A stretch of DNA of 64,000 nucleotides from Limnothrix sp. BL-A-16 (GTDB taxonomy: Bacteria; Cyanobacteriota; Cyanobacteriia; CACIAM-69d). The stretch's first letter is position 1. Every line of letters starts with the position of its first letter. The stretch spans positions 2,112,001-2,176,000 of the forward strand of contig CP166615.1 of NCBI GenBank assembly GCA_041937175.2. Reading direction: 5' to 3'. Below the pieces are notes generated by a model, which was not told the origin of the DNA, made no database searches, and saw only the letters and a program-made list of their open reading frames with translations. The translations under genes were made by a program, and so were the position numbers. Below, one piece after another: positions 43,466 through 54,032 of this stretch.

Positions 43466-43586
43466 GCTTTACATTTTGTCACTTTCAGACCCTTGCGCCT
43501 CCTCGGCGAACACAGTATCTAAGCCCCTTGTCCCCCACGATCCGTTAACGGCAGATCTAGGGTTTTGGGCTAAGCGATGACAAGCC

Positions 43587-45608
43587 TTAGGGTTTCTGGA
43601 ATTCCCAAGGTTTCCGAAAATCTTCCGCCGGCACCCCTTGCAGCGCCTTCAGCATAAACTCCCGCCAGATGGGAGCCACATAGCTGCCCCCCGTGGCCCC
43701 GTAGCCGATCGGGCGGTAATTGTCATTCCCCGCCCAAACCGCCACCGACAGTTGTGGCACATAGCCCACAAACCAAATATCCCGCTCTGAATCCGTTGTG
43801 CCCGTTTTGCCCGCCGCTGGCCGACCAATATTGGCCGTCTTGGCTGTGCCGTTGGTAATCACCCCCCGCAGCGTATCCGTGAGGGTTGCCGTCGCCCAAG
43901 GATCCAGCACCAGTTGCGGCCGGGGCGTGTTGTCCAACAGCACCTTTCCGCTGCTGTCGGTCACCTGCACAATAAACGTGGTGTCCGAATGCCAGCCATT
44001 ATTGGCAAACGTGGCATAGGCTCCCGCCATTTCCAACGGGGTCACGTCCTCCGACCCCAAGGGCAAGGACAGCACCGGCTCCAGCGGGCTTTGGAAACCC
44101 AACAGCCGACAGGTTTCAATCACCTTGTTCAGCCCCACTTCCTGGCCCAGGCGCACCACAGGAATATTCAGCGAAATTTCCAAGGCGCGCCGAATCGAGA
44201 CTGAACCTGAGAAACCGCCCCCGTAGTTCTTGGGCCGATACATCACACCCCCATCGTTGTAGCTGACGGGCGTGTCATTCACGGCGGAATTGGGCGTGTA
44301 GCGGCCAGTGGCAAAGGCCGCGTAATACACAAAAGGTTTGAAGGCAGATCCCGGTTGGCGCATGGCCTGAATGGCCCGGTTGAACTGGCTCTTGCGATAG
44401 TCCACGCCGCCCACCATGGCCTTCACGAAGTGGGTACGCGGATCCACCGCCACCAGGGCCACTTGATCCGCTCGCAACCCGCGCGATTGCATCCGAGCGT
44501 GGGCCGCGCTGACGGTGGCCTCAGCCATCGTCTGAAAATCAAAGTCCACGGTGGTTTGAATCCGCATTCCCCCCTTGAACAGATCTTCGCGCCGGAAGCG
44601 TTTTTTCAGTTCTTGGGTCACCGCCTCGGTCACGTAGGGCAGCTTACTGGACTGGAAGGAAGTACTTTTGCCCAAATTCAAGGGTTGATTGCGGGCGGCC
44701 AACTCCTCGGCGGGCGTGATCCAACCCAAGTCCAGCATTCGCCCCAACACGATCGCCTGGCGTTGCTTCGCTCGCTCGAAGTTCAGGAATGGGCTGTAAT
44801 CTTCGGGAGCTTGGATCAGGCCCGCCAGCATGGCGCTCTCGGCCAGGTTCAAATCGGAGGCCGATTTGCCAAAGTAGCTGCGGGAAGCGGTTTCAATGCC
44901 GTAGTTGTTGTGGCCCCAATAGACCTGGTTCAAATACAGCTCTAGGATTTCGTCCTTTTTCAGGATTTGTTCTAAGCGCAGAGACAAAACCGCCTCAGCC
45001 ACCTTCCGGCTAATTCGGCGCTGGGGTGACAGAAACAGGTTTTTGACCAACTGCATGGTCAGGGTGGAGCCACCTTCGGAGGTGCGCCCGCGCTCCAGGT
45101 TGGTAACCAAGGCACGCATGATGCTACCGGGGTTGATGCCAGGGTGCTGATAGAAGCTGCTGTCTTCGATCGCGATGACGGCTCGCTTGAGGTGGGGCGA
45201 GATTTGGTTGAGGGGGACAACGACCCGGTTAGCTTCGTCGTGCAAGCTAGCCAGCACCCGCCCTTTGATGTCGTAGATATAGCTGGTTTCGCTGGGGGTG
45301 TAGGTTTGCAGAATCCGCACATCCGGTAGGTTGCGGAAGCTAACAGCCAAGCCCACCAAGGCTCCGGCCACGGCGGCGCTGCCCAGCATGGTGACGGTCA
45401 ACAGAGTGCCGCCGGTAATTTGCCCCGCTCCAACGACCAAACGCCACAGACCCGGGCTGGGAGGCTCGATCGGGGAAGGCGTGGCGGAGGTGGATCGGGG
45501 CAAGGGGCGAACTCCCGATCGGGGACGACGGGGAGAAGGCTTGTGTGAAACGTTGGAAGACACAGGCGAGAGCAGGCTCCTAACCGATCGCGATCGATGG
45601 AATTGCAC
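43587..45608 (-). CDS. penicillin-binding protein 1A family (transglycosylase-transpeptidase); start may be GTG 45563
   Basis: EDSSFYQH, GGSTLTMQL, RKVAE, SAFK, KTGTT. Confidence 0.95.
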   Translation of the reverse strand: MQFHRSRSVRSLLSPVSSNVSHKPSPRRPRSGVRPLPRSTSATPSPIEPPSPGLWRLVVGAGQITGGTLLTVTMLGSAAVAGALVGLAVSFRNLPDVRILQTYTPSETSYIYDIKGRVLASLHDEANRVVVPLNQISPHLKRAVIAIEDSSFYQHPGINPGSIMRALVTNLERGRTSEGGSTLTMQLVKNLFLSPQRRISRKVAEAVLSLRLEQILKKDEILELYLNQVYWGHNNYGIETASRSYFGKSASDLNLAESAMLAGLIQAPEDYSPFLNFERAKQRQAIVLGRMLDLGWITPAEELAARNQPLNLGKSTSFQSSKLPYVTEAVTQELKKRFRREDLFKGGMRIQTTVDFDFQTMAEATVSAAHARMQSRGLRADQVALVAVDPRTHFVKAMVGGVDYRKSQFNRAIQAMRQPGSAFKPFVYYAAFATGRYTPNSAVNDTPVSYNDGGVMYRPKNYGGGFSGSVSIRRALEISLNIPVVRLGQEVGLNKVIETCRLLGFQSPLEPVLSLPLGSEDVTPLEMAGAYATFANNGWHSDTTFIVQVTDSSGKVLLDNTPRPQLVLDPWATATLTDTLRGVITNGTAKTANIGRPAAGKTGTTDSERDIWFVGYVPQLSVAVWAGNDNYRPIGYGATGGSYVAPIWREFMLKALQGVPAEDFRKPWEFQKP

Positions 45609-45676
45609 CGTATCCTAACATTTGAATTTGTGGCTCAAGTTAAGATCTCAGCCCTGCCGGGCCAGGAGCGCGATCG

Positions 45677-46045
45677 GTGACGATTCAGGAATTGGGTTTG
45701 CTGTTGGGGTCAATTGTGGCCAGCGTGGTGGGGCAGTTTTTGCTGAAAGCAGGGGCCCTGCGCTTGGGCAAAGTGACCGGCGACAACTGGATCAGTCACC
45801 TACTGTCCATGGTCACCACTTGGGAACTAGTGGCGGGGCTGACGGCCTATGGCCTCGGGGCGATCGCCTATATCCTGCTGTTGACCCGGGTTAAGCTCAG
45901 CATTGCCGCCCCTTCCGTTTCCCTGATCTACGTGTTTACGGTGCTGATTGGGGTGGTGGCCTTTGGGGAGTCCCTCCCGATCGCCCGACTCATCGGCGTT
46001 GGACTGATTATGGCCGGGGTGGTTTTGGTGGCCTCTCAGTCCTAG
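45677..46045 (+). CDS. small EamA/SMR-like transporter
   Basis: Four TM helices, GQFLLKAG, LSIAAP, FGES. Confidence 0.8.
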   Translation: MTIQELGLLLGSIVASVVGQFLLKAGALRLGKVTGDNWISHLLSMVTTWELVAGLTAYGLGAIAYILLLTRVKLSIAAPSVSLIYVFTVLIGVVAFGESLPIARLIGVGLIMAGVVLVASQS

Positions 46046-48105
46046 GGAACGGCTGAAGCCTTTTGGGTCTTCGATTCTGAGGTCTCGACGGCTTCCCGAC
46101 CCGGCCACCAAAACCGATTGGGCAAGCGATAGGCCCGCGCCTGATTGGTGTCAAAGGCCCAAGCACTCAACTCCGTCGGCTCCGCTGGCAATTCCTGAGG
46201 CGTGAAAGCCGCTTGCCAACCCGAAACCCGAAAATCAGCCCCAAACTTGCGGGCCACATCTGGCCGCGATTCCGTCACCCAAGCGAGGGCGATCGGGCGA
46301 TCGACCTGGGTTTTGGGATCCCGCGCCGCCAGAATCACCACATCAGCCGATCGCCCCGATCGCCGCAAAATCGCCCACCCCTTCGCCACCCAATGGGGTA
46401 ATTCAGGATGACTCAAGGGGCGCTGTCGATCCTTCAACACCACCTTCGATTCCCAAGTCCAGCTATCCCACTGTCCTTCAGCCACGCCCGCCAAATCCCG
46501 GGAGCCAAAAGCTGCCAAATTGGGTGTTTCGATCAAAGGAGGATTAATCACCCCCAAATCATTTAGCGGTCGTAAATATTGCCTCAATAATTGCAGATTC
46601 GGGTGAACCTGCTGCAAACCGAATGAATCATAAACAACAGGAGACAAGGTGACACAAGCCTTGCCCAATCTTAATTGTCGATTCAAGATTTGCATCCCTC
46701 CCAAACCGGTGCGGTAGCTATTCGATTCCAAAATTAGCCACAATCCCAATAGAAACGCAGCGCCCCAAGAGAACCAGCGCCAAAATTGGTTGACTTTTAG
46801 GCTGTTGAAATCAGCTCTGGAACTCGTTTCGGAGTTGATTATTGAATCAGCTTCAGTAACAATCCCTTGCGCAGGCTTCAGAGTATATAAATTGAGAGTA
46901 TATAAATTGCTTTGACCCAGGCTAGTGACAATCAGCCCAGTAATGGCAACCCACAAATAATTAGAAACCGTAATATAGCGCGGAGAAAATGCTTGCTCAA
47001 TTCCAAATCCTACTCGTCCTAATGACGTAATGGTTCCACTCAAAAGGCTATAGCTACCCAAAGATAGCCAAGGGATCATGGCCATCAAAGTGCTGTGGAA
47101 ATTTGAGCGATCGCCTGATTTCTGAAATCGCTGCCAAGCACTCCAAGCGTAAACAGCCACACCCCCCACAAAAGCAATCAGCGCAAACCCTCCCAAGATC
47201 TGAGCTAATTGCTGATCAGAAAAGCTCAAGGGCGCACCCAGAAAGCTCAAAAAATATTGCACTAACTTGAGTGGATCTTCTAAGCCCGACAACAAACTTG
47301 GCGAATCGGGTGGCTTCACATAGCCATGAAAATAAAAGATTAACGTCCCAGAAAAGCAGGCCAGCCAAGCCAACAGAAAAGCCCATGCCTTGCGATTAGG
47401 TTGTTGCCAAATTTTAAAGCCGATCGGAATGAGGGAAATTAACCAAAAGGTCATACCGTTGGCAAAGGTGAAGGTAGCAAACCAAGCCAAACTCACCATC
47501 ATCAGAAAAATTTGCCATCGGGGTCGATCGCCCCGCATTAGCAATAACATGCCCACCAGGCAAGCAGGTGTCACAAACATAATATATTGCAGACCCCACA
47601 GCAAATTTTCATACTGCAATGGACTACAAAGAAAAGTTGCAATTACAGCAGTGGCAACAGCAACTAGCCTCGGTTTATTAGGAATTGACAATTTGAGCAG
47701 GCGATGAATACCCAACAGAATGAGTAAGAGAAGTGTAATCGTTAAGCCCACTTCATAAGCAGCATTCCAGTGAGTTAATTCTGCCAACCCAGTGAGTATT
47801 AACCGTGGGAAAAACTTGCGACTTTCATTATGTTGAGCAAACAAACTTTCAAGCGTTATACTCCCATGCTTCCAAGCATGAAAATAAACTCCGATCATCC
47901 AACTATCAAAAAAAGGAACGTTGACTACATATTTAGCTAGCCAATACAGCAGCAGTGCAACGGGTAGGCCAGCCATTCCATAAATCAAGAGGTTGACTGA
48001 AGAAATCCCCATGAAGTGGGCTTGATTGACCCAGTTTTGCAAAATTGAGACAAATTGAAGGCGTTTTTTGAGAGTGATTAACCAAGAATTTAGGGTTGTC
48101 AACAT
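46042..48105 (-). CDS. polytopic membrane protein, possible GT-C glycosyltransferase
   Basis: VNVPFFDSW, QHNESR, many TM segments, PRY motif, soluble C-terminal domain. Confidence 0.6.
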   Translation of the reverse strand: MLTTLNSWLITLKKRLQFVSILQNWVNQAHFMGISSVNLLIYGMAGLPVALLLYWLAKYVVNVPFFDSWMIGVYFHAWKHGSITLESLFAQHNESRKFFPRLILTGLAELTHWNAAYEVGLTITLLLLILLGIHRLLKLSIPNKPRLVAVATAVIATFLCSPLQYENLLWGLQYIMFVTPACLVGMLLLMRGDRPRWQIFLMMVSLAWFATFTFANGMTFWLISLIPIGFKIWQQPNRKAWAFLLAWLACFSGTLIFYFHGYVKPPDSPSLLSGLEDPLKLVQYFLSFLGAPLSFSDQQLAQILGGFALIAFVGGVAVYAWSAWQRFQKSGDRSNFHSTLMAMIPWLSLGSYSLLSGTITSLGRVGFGIEQAFSPRYITVSNYLWVAITGLIVTSLGQSNLYTLNLYTLKPAQGIVTEADSIINSETSSRADFNSLKVNQFWRWFSWGAAFLLGLWLILESNSYRTGLGGMQILNRQLRLGKACVTLSPVVYDSFGLQQVHPNLQLLRQYLRPLNDLGVINPPLIETPNLAAFGSRDLAGVAEGQWDSWTWESKVVLKDRQRPLSHPELPHWVAKGWAILRRSGRSADVVILAARDPKTQVDRPIALAWVTESRPDVARKFGADFRVSGWQAAFTPQELPAEPTELSAWAFDTNQARAYRLPNRFWWPGREAVETSESKTQKASAVP

Positions 48106-48151
48106 TGGTTATTGAGCTGGGTTATTGAGTCTCGGAGTTGTCTAATTCTTA

Positions 48152-48282
48152 GAGGATGTCTGAAAAGCCAAAATCGATACTCTGCACGCCTCATCGATCG
48201 ACGAAGACAAGGGGCTTAAGCCCCTTGCCCCCACGACTATTGGTGCATTGCCCGTGCCAAAAGACACTTTTTAGACATCCTC
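48152..48282. mobile_element. MITE family A, second copy, 131 bp
   Basis: Same TIR (1 mismatch); TTA direct repeats; palindrome at 48208-48227. Confidence 0.85.
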
Positions 48283-48285
48283 TTA

Positions 48286-48415
48286 GAGAAGGTTTGAACA
48301 GTGTCAGATATGAATTTTTAGACCATAGACACAACAAAGCCAGGGATCTACGTCCCTTGTCTGAGTTGGTTACTTGTGCAATTGCGAGCTTAGGATCAGC
48401 CGTTTAGACATTCCC
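48286..48415. mobile_element. degenerate family A-like MITE in tandem
   Basis: 130 bp; decayed TIRs (GAGAAGGTTTGAAC / GTTTAGACATTCCC); decayed central palindrome at 48340-48359. Confidence 0.5.
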
Positions 48416-48475
48416 TAAGTCCATGAATTCCCGTCACTGTAGCGCGAGTTTTGTCCCTTGGCCGATCGCAACTCG

Positions 48476-48508
48476 AAAAAAAACGCCACCGAGTAAAACT
48501 CGATGGCG
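48476..48508 (-). terminator. intrinsic terminator
   Basis: On the minus strand, CGCCATCGAGT-TTT-ACTCGGTGGCG followed by T8. Confidence 0.75.
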
Positions 48509-49562
48509 ATTTGCTTCCCTGGGTCAAGCCACGGATCCCTAAAAAGCGGGTGAATGTGCCTAAAATTTCACGCCGATTCCCTGGGTCTTAATGGCTTTGA
48601 ATGCAATCAGAACGCTGACTGAGCCATGATCTAATAGGAACTGAGGCCCCTTGAATGGAGCACCCGATCGCCCTGTTATGCACCCTGACGGTCAACAGTG
48701 AAGGGTCGATCGAGGTCGATCGCGGGGCCAGTTCCCGATATGGCAGACAAAGTGAGATGCGGTAGATGCACGATGCACCCCGATTGAGAGGCAGAATCAA
48801 AACTCGCGATCGCCTGAACGATCGATCGCAGTTGATGGAGGAGTTAGGCCTGCATTCACAGTTCGATCGGGCAGGCCAACTCCAGGCAGATACAGCTTGG
48901 CAGATGCAGAAGAAGGGAATGAACCCGAACTTTGGCGGAGACTGTGTAGATGCAAAAGTCGCCTGAGCGAACCTGATGAGTGGGAGAGCCTTGGCGACCA
49001 TCGTGATCAACGACTCATTTGCAGAGGCTGGTTGAGGGCGCAGAACCTGATGAACCCAAGATCTTATAAACCCAAGATTTTGAACTCAAGAACTGGCCGG
49101 CTAAACCGCAATTCTGCAAGGGCATTGCTCACGATGACCCCACACTTCAACTCAAAACGCCCACCCCTTTTGGGGAATTGCAACGGCGTTGAGGCAATTG
49201 ACCCTAAACTCTCATTCAGCAACCTCCCAAGGAACTTGCAAGAAGTTTGAGTTAGTGTTTTGCCTTGGGTTTGAGTATAGCAACTTTTTTCCGAGAATTT
49301 ACGGAGATTACCCAATTTTTTTGAGAAGCCCCAGCAAAGCCTGCTGCTTTTCTCCGTACAGATTCTGGGGGCGATCGCACAGTCTCAGACACAAAAATCA
49401 TTACCGGTCAATCTTTTCAGGCTTTGAGCTGCGTGATTCAGCATTCATTACTCATTTCTTGGCGAGCAATGCCTGTATTAAAAAGCACTTCAAAAATCGT
49501 TACGAATTTCACGCCCCACGAACGGGATAAACGGGATGATCTGCCCACCCGCTCTGGCATCC

Positions 49563-50060
49563 TCACCATCCCCAAGTGCCGGGCGATCCCTTGAACGGCC
49601 CCACAATATCGGACGTGATCCAGCCGCCATAGAAATCACCGGGCTGGGCCTGCACCTGCTCGCCATCCACATAGCAGGCATCTACATGACTGGGATAGAT
49701 GCCCACGTAGTTTTGGATTTCGGCAAAGGCGGGAGTCGGCGCGGGATAGAACCAAGCGGCGGCCTCGGCCCGGCGATCGCCCACTTGGATGCTGTAGTAA
49801 CGGGCGACCCCTTTCCACTCGCAAAAGGTCGATCGGGCAATCAATTCAAAATATTCCTGCCGCAAATCCTCAGGCGGAATGTAATAGGACGGTGGATGGC
49901 TGGTTTCCACAACCCGTTTTGCGCGATCGGTTTCGGCAATCACCACGCCATTAAATTCCACTCGAATGTGCTTACCCGAGTCTTCCCAGCGAGCTGGCCG
50001 GGGATAGTCCCACACGGATTCTTGGCCGGGGCCGGGAACCATGCGATCGGGATATGCCAT
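49563..50060 (-). CDS. DUF427 domain protein
   Basis: ESVWDYPRP, ETSHPPSYYIP, CEWKG.A.Y, FYGGWIT. Confidence 0.92.
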   Translation of the reverse strand: MAYPDRMVPGPGQESVWDYPRPARWEDSGKHIRVEFNGVVIAETDRAKRVVETSHPPSYYIPPEDLRQEYFELIARSTFCEWKGVARYYSIQVGDRRAEAAAWFYPAPTPAFAEIQNYVGIYPSHVDACYVDGEQVQAQPGDFYGGWITSDIVGPFKGSPGTWGW

Positions 50061-50255
50061 AACTCAAACCCCCAGTTGAACCGTTTTGTTGAATTTTGCC
50101 GCTGAATCCTTTGAAAGTCACTGGGAATGGCCTCAGTGCAACCACCCCCAGCCCAAACACTGCTACGGCATCGCTTTGCTAGACTGAGAACCGGGGCTTA
50201 ACGTTTCTTAAAACCCAAGCCCCAGCAAAAGATTGTCAGCGGTTTCCTGGAGTTA

Positions 50256-50466
50256 GGGGCTGTCGTCGTTTCGCCCGAAGCCTCAGATCTGCCGTTAGCG
50301 GATCATGGGGGCAAGGGGCTTAGGCTCCTTGTTAAATCTTGGGAGACAAGGGGCTTAAGCCCCTTGTCAGATCTTGGGAAGCAAGGGGCTTAAGCCCCTT
50401 GTTACAACCATCGGGGCACGAAAAATCAACGATTTCAGCCTCACCTCGAAAAGTGACGACAGACCC
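50256..50466. mobile_element. MITE family B with three REP-like palindromes at 35-bp period
   Basis: TIR GGG(G/T)CTGTCGTC; TA flanks; palindromes at 50312, 50347 and 50382. Confidence 0.82.
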
Positions 50467-50528
50467 TAACCCCCTTGAGCAACCCCTAATCTGTTTGCTG
50501 CCCTTCGCACCGTTTGAGGAATCATTAC

Positions 50529-51998
50529 ATGGCTCCAACTTTGCTGCTGTCTCGGGACGTGCCCGAGTTGCGTTACCTGCCCACGGTCGATCGCTTCGAT
50601 GAAAGCTGGCGATCGCCCCTTTCGACCTTGCTGGGTTGGGGGCGCGCCGCCGGAGCCGATTTTGTGGAATTTTTCCTGGAGCGCAGCAACTACATCAACT
50701 GCCTGGCCGAAGACGATGCCATCACCAGCATTGCCCCCCGACTGGCAACCGGCGCAGGGGTGCGGGTGTTTCGCGGCCAGGCCGATTGCTACGTCAGCAC
50801 CAATGATCTAACCTTTGCCGGGTTGCGATCGGCTCTGGAAAAAGCCCTGGCGATCCTGGGGTTGAGCCTGCCGGGCCCCAACGCCTACATCCCCGAAGTG
50901 AACCTGGAACCGTTGCGGGACTACGTGGCCACCAAGGGCAAGGATGCTTGGTTGGGTCAATGCAGCTCCATGAAAGAAATGGGCGAGGTGCTGTTGGCGG
51001 CTAACGGCGCGTTGGCCAAGCAGGGCAGCCATGTGCAATCGCGGCGATCGAGCTATTTTCGCGACTGGCAAGAGGTGTTGGTGGCCGCCAGCGATGGGGT
51101 GTTTGCCCACGACATTCGCCTAACCCAATCGGTGGGATCCAGCTTGCTCTGTGCCGATGGGGCCAATCGATCGTCCATTGGTCAGCGGGCCGGCGATGCC
51201 AGCAATCCCCAATTCCTGCGGGATTGGGACTACGAAACCTTTACCAGTGGCATTGCCGAATCGGCGGGCAAAATGCTCTACGCCGACTATGTGGAATCGG
51301 GCAACTATCCCGTGGTGATGGCCAATGCGTTCGGCGGCGTGATTTTCCACGAAGCCTGCGGCCACCTGCTGGAAACCACCCAAGTGGAGCGCAAAACCAC
51401 ACCATTTTGGGATAAAAAAGGCGAAAAAATCGCCCATGAAAATTTGACCGCTTGGGATGAAGGTCTGAGCGACAACGCCTTCGGAACCTTGGATATGGAC
51501 GATGAAGGAATGCCCGTTCAGCGAACCTTGCTGATTGAAAATGGCATTCTGAAAAACTTCATTTCCGATCGCGCGGGCTTTGTGAAAACTGGCCATCCCC
51601 GCACCGGCAGCGGCCGCCGTCAGGGCTACACCTTCGCCGCCGCCTCGCGGATGCGGAATACCTATATTGCACCGGGCCAATTCTCGATCGAGGATCTGTT
51701 TGGCTCGATCGATCGCGGCATTTATTGCAAGCGAATGGGCGGCGGCAGTGTCGGCCCTACGGGTCAATTTAACTTCGGTGTAGATGAAGCCTACCTGATC
51801 GAAAATGGCCAGCTCACCAAACCCTTGAAGGGCGCAACCTTGATCGGGGAAGCCGTGGAAATCATGCAGAAAATTTCCATGTCTTCTAATGATTTGGCCC
51901 TGTCGCCGGGGTTCTGTGGGTCGGTCAGTGGCAGTGTTTATGTCACCGTGGGTCAACCCCACATCAAAGTAGATGCAATTACCGTGGGAGGTCGCTAA
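50529..51998 (+). CDS. tldD: TldD metalloprotease subunit
   Basis: HEACGH, DDEG, TGSGRR, RMRNT, CGS, GQPH. Confidence 0.93.
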   Translation: MAPTLLLSRDVPELRYLPTVDRFDESWRSPLSTLLGWGRAAGADFVEFFLERSNYINCLAEDDAITSIAPRLATGAGVRVFRGQADCYVSTNDLTFAGLRSALEKALAILGLSLPGPNAYIPEVNLEPLRDYVATKGKDAWLGQCSSMKEMGEVLLAANGALAKQGSHVQSRRSSYFRDWQEVLVAASDGVFAHDIRLTQSVGSSLLCADGANRSSIGQRAGDASNPQFLRDWDYETFTSGIAESAGKMLYADYVESGNYPVVMANAFGGVIFHEACGHLLETTQVERKTTPFWDKKGEKIAHENLTAWDEGLSDNAFGTLDMDDEGMPVQRTLLIENGILKNFISDRAGFVKTGHPRTGSGRRQGYTFAAASRMRNTYIAPGQFSIEDLFGSIDRGIYCKRMGGGSVGPTGQFNFGVDEAYLIENGQLTKPLKGATLIGEAVEIMQKISMSSNDLALSPGFCGSVSGSVYVTVGQPHIKVDAITVGGR

Positions 51999-52001
51999 GT
52001 C

Positions 52002-53339
52002 GTGGCAATTTCGATCGAACAATTGGCAACGGATGCCCGCGATCTCGCAACCGATTTGGGCATCAAACAATTTGATTTGTATGGGTCATCGGTGGATGAA
52101 ACCAGCGTCAAAGTGCGCGACGGCGAACCGGAACAGGTAAAAGCCTCCCAGCGATCAGGCGTGACCGTGCGGGTTTGGAACCAAGACGGGCGCGTGGGCA
52201 TCACCTCCACCACCGACATCGATCGGGCCGGGCTGGAACTGGCCCTGCGCACCGCCAGCGAGGCCAGCGCCTTCGGAGCCACGGACAACGTGCCGGACTT
52301 CAGCCCCGAAGCCACCCAGCCGATCGATGGCAACACCAGCGACATGGCCCCGCCCGCCCCGATCAACACCCTGATCACGGCCCTGGCCGGCGCTGAAAAA
52401 CGGCTGCTGGAGTCCCACCCGGCGATCACCTCTGTGCCCTACAACGGCCTCTCCCAAAGCGACACGGAGCGGTTCTATCTGAATAGCGAAGGCGCTCTAC
52501 GACACGAGGCCCGCTCGATCGCCTCCATGTATCTCTACGCCAAAACCGAACAGGAAGGGCGCAAACCCCGCAGCGGCGGCGCATTCCGCATAGCCCGCAG
52601 CTTTGACAGCCTCGACCTGGAAGGTTGCCTGCAAGAGACCACCGACAAAACCCTCAGCCACCTGAACTACGACAAAATTCAGTCGGGCAAATATCCGGTG
52701 GTCTTTTCGCCGGAAGCGTTCCTGAGCTTGCTGGGAGCCTTTTCCAACCTGTTCAACGCCCAGAGCATTTTGGATAAGCAAAGCCTCTCCACGCCGGATT
52801 CACTGGGTCAAACCCTGGCCGCGTCGATCCTATCGCTGGCGGACGACGAACACCACCCCGGCAACATTGGCGCAAGCTGGTTTGACGGCGAAGGCACGCC
52901 CACCCGCCGCATCCCGTTGATCACCGATGGGCAACTGACCAACTTCCTGCACAGCGCCGGAACCGCCAAACGCCTGGGCGCACAGCCCACGGGCCACGCC
53001 AACATGGGCGCAAAGGTGACGGTCAGCCCCGGCTACTGGCACGTGTTCTCCAATCAACCGGGTGATCTGCGCTTAGCCGATGCTGAGCAGGTGATCTTGG
53101 TTGATGATGTGACCGCCCTGCACGCGGGGGTGAATTCCCTGGAAGGATCGTTCTCGCTGCCCTTTGATGGCTGGATGGTGAAACGGGGCGATCGCGTCAG
53201 CATCGAATCCGCCACGATCGCGGGCGACATCCACGATCTGCTGAAGTCGATCGTCTGCGTGGAACCCGAAGCCGAGGTACTCCCCGGCGGGACTTGCCCC
53301 CGAATTTGGGTAGCGGAACTGTCGATTACGGGCGACTAA
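52002..53339 (+). CDS. pmbA: TldE/PmbA subunit
   Basis: Follows tldD; FDGEG, TGHA, GSFSLP; lacks HExxH. Confidence 0.9.
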   Translation: MAISIEQLATDARDLATDLGIKQFDLYGSSVDETSVKVRDGEPEQVKASQRSGVTVRVWNQDGRVGITSTTDIDRAGLELALRTASEASAFGATDNVPDFSPEATQPIDGNTSDMAPPAPINTLITALAGAEKRLLESHPAITSVPYNGLSQSDTERFYLNSEGALRHEARSIASMYLYAKTEQEGRKPRSGGAFRIARSFDSLDLEGCLQETTDKTLSHLNYDKIQSGKYPVVFSPEAFLSLLGAFSNLFNAQSILDKQSLSTPDSLGQTLAASILSLADDEHHPGNIGASWFDGEGTPTRRIPLITDGQLTNFLHSAGTAKRLGAQPTGHANMGAKVTVSPGYWHVFSNQPGDLRLADAEQVILVDDVTALHAGVNSLEGSFSLPFDGWMVKRGDRVSIESATIAGDIHDLLKSIVCVEPEAEVLPGGTCPRIWVAELSITGD

Positions 53340-53406
53340 AATCGGGCGATCGGTTGGGCGCGGCTCCCCTGCTGCCCCAGTCGATCGCACTCTCTGGGCG
53401 ATCGCT

Positions 53407-54003
53407 ATGGTTGCTAACTTCGATCGATTTCTCATGAGTTCCGCTGACTACTTGGCCTGGGAAGCCGAGCAGTCGGTGCGCCATGAATATTTTCGGGGCG
53501 AAGCCTACGCCATGGTCGGAGGCACTTTGGCCCACAATGCGATCGCCCTCAATATCGCCAGTTGGTTGCGGGGACAGTTACGAGGCACGGGTTGCCACGT
53601 TTACATGGCCGATGCCAAGGTGCAAATCAGCCCGACGGGGCCTTATTTTTATCCCGATGGGGTTGTCACCTGCGATCAGCGCGATCAGCAATCGAAAAGC
53701 CTGATTAGCTATCCCCAACTGATCATTGAAGTGTTGTCGCCCAGCACGGCCGGGTTCGATCGCGGCGACAAGTTCAAAGCCTATCGACGGCTGCCCTCAT
53801 TGCAGGAATATTTATTAGTTGATGCCACCCAAGTCACGGTCGATCGCTATACTCGAAATCCGTTAAACCAATGGGTGCTAACTTCCTATCCCGCCGTTGA
53901 CCCAGACCCAGAAACCGATTGGGGGGCGATCGCCATCAACCTGGAGTCGTTACATCTGACCGTTTCTCTAGGAATAATTTACGAAGAAGTGACATTACCT
54001 TAA
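53407..54003 (+). CDS. Uma2-family endonuclease
   Basis: RHEY, YPDGVVTCD, IEVLSPST...DRGDKF. Confidence 0.9.
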   Translation: MVANFDRFLMSSADYLAWEAEQSVRHEYFRGEAYAMVGGTLAHNAIALNIASWLRGQLRGTGCHVYMADAKVQISPTGPYFYPDGVVTCDQRDQQSKSLISYPQLIIEVLSPSTAGFDRGDKFKAYRRLPSLQEYLLVDATQVTVDRYTRNPLNQWVLTSYPAVDPDPETDWGAIAINLESLHLTVSLGIIYEEVTLP

Positions 54004-54032
54004 AATTGACAGTTAAAGGGCGGTAAATCCTT

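Noticed and set aside
50312..50401. Mini-CRISPR array
   Set aside because: Linkers are only 15 bp and similar to each other; the unit is a dispersed palindrome inside a MITE
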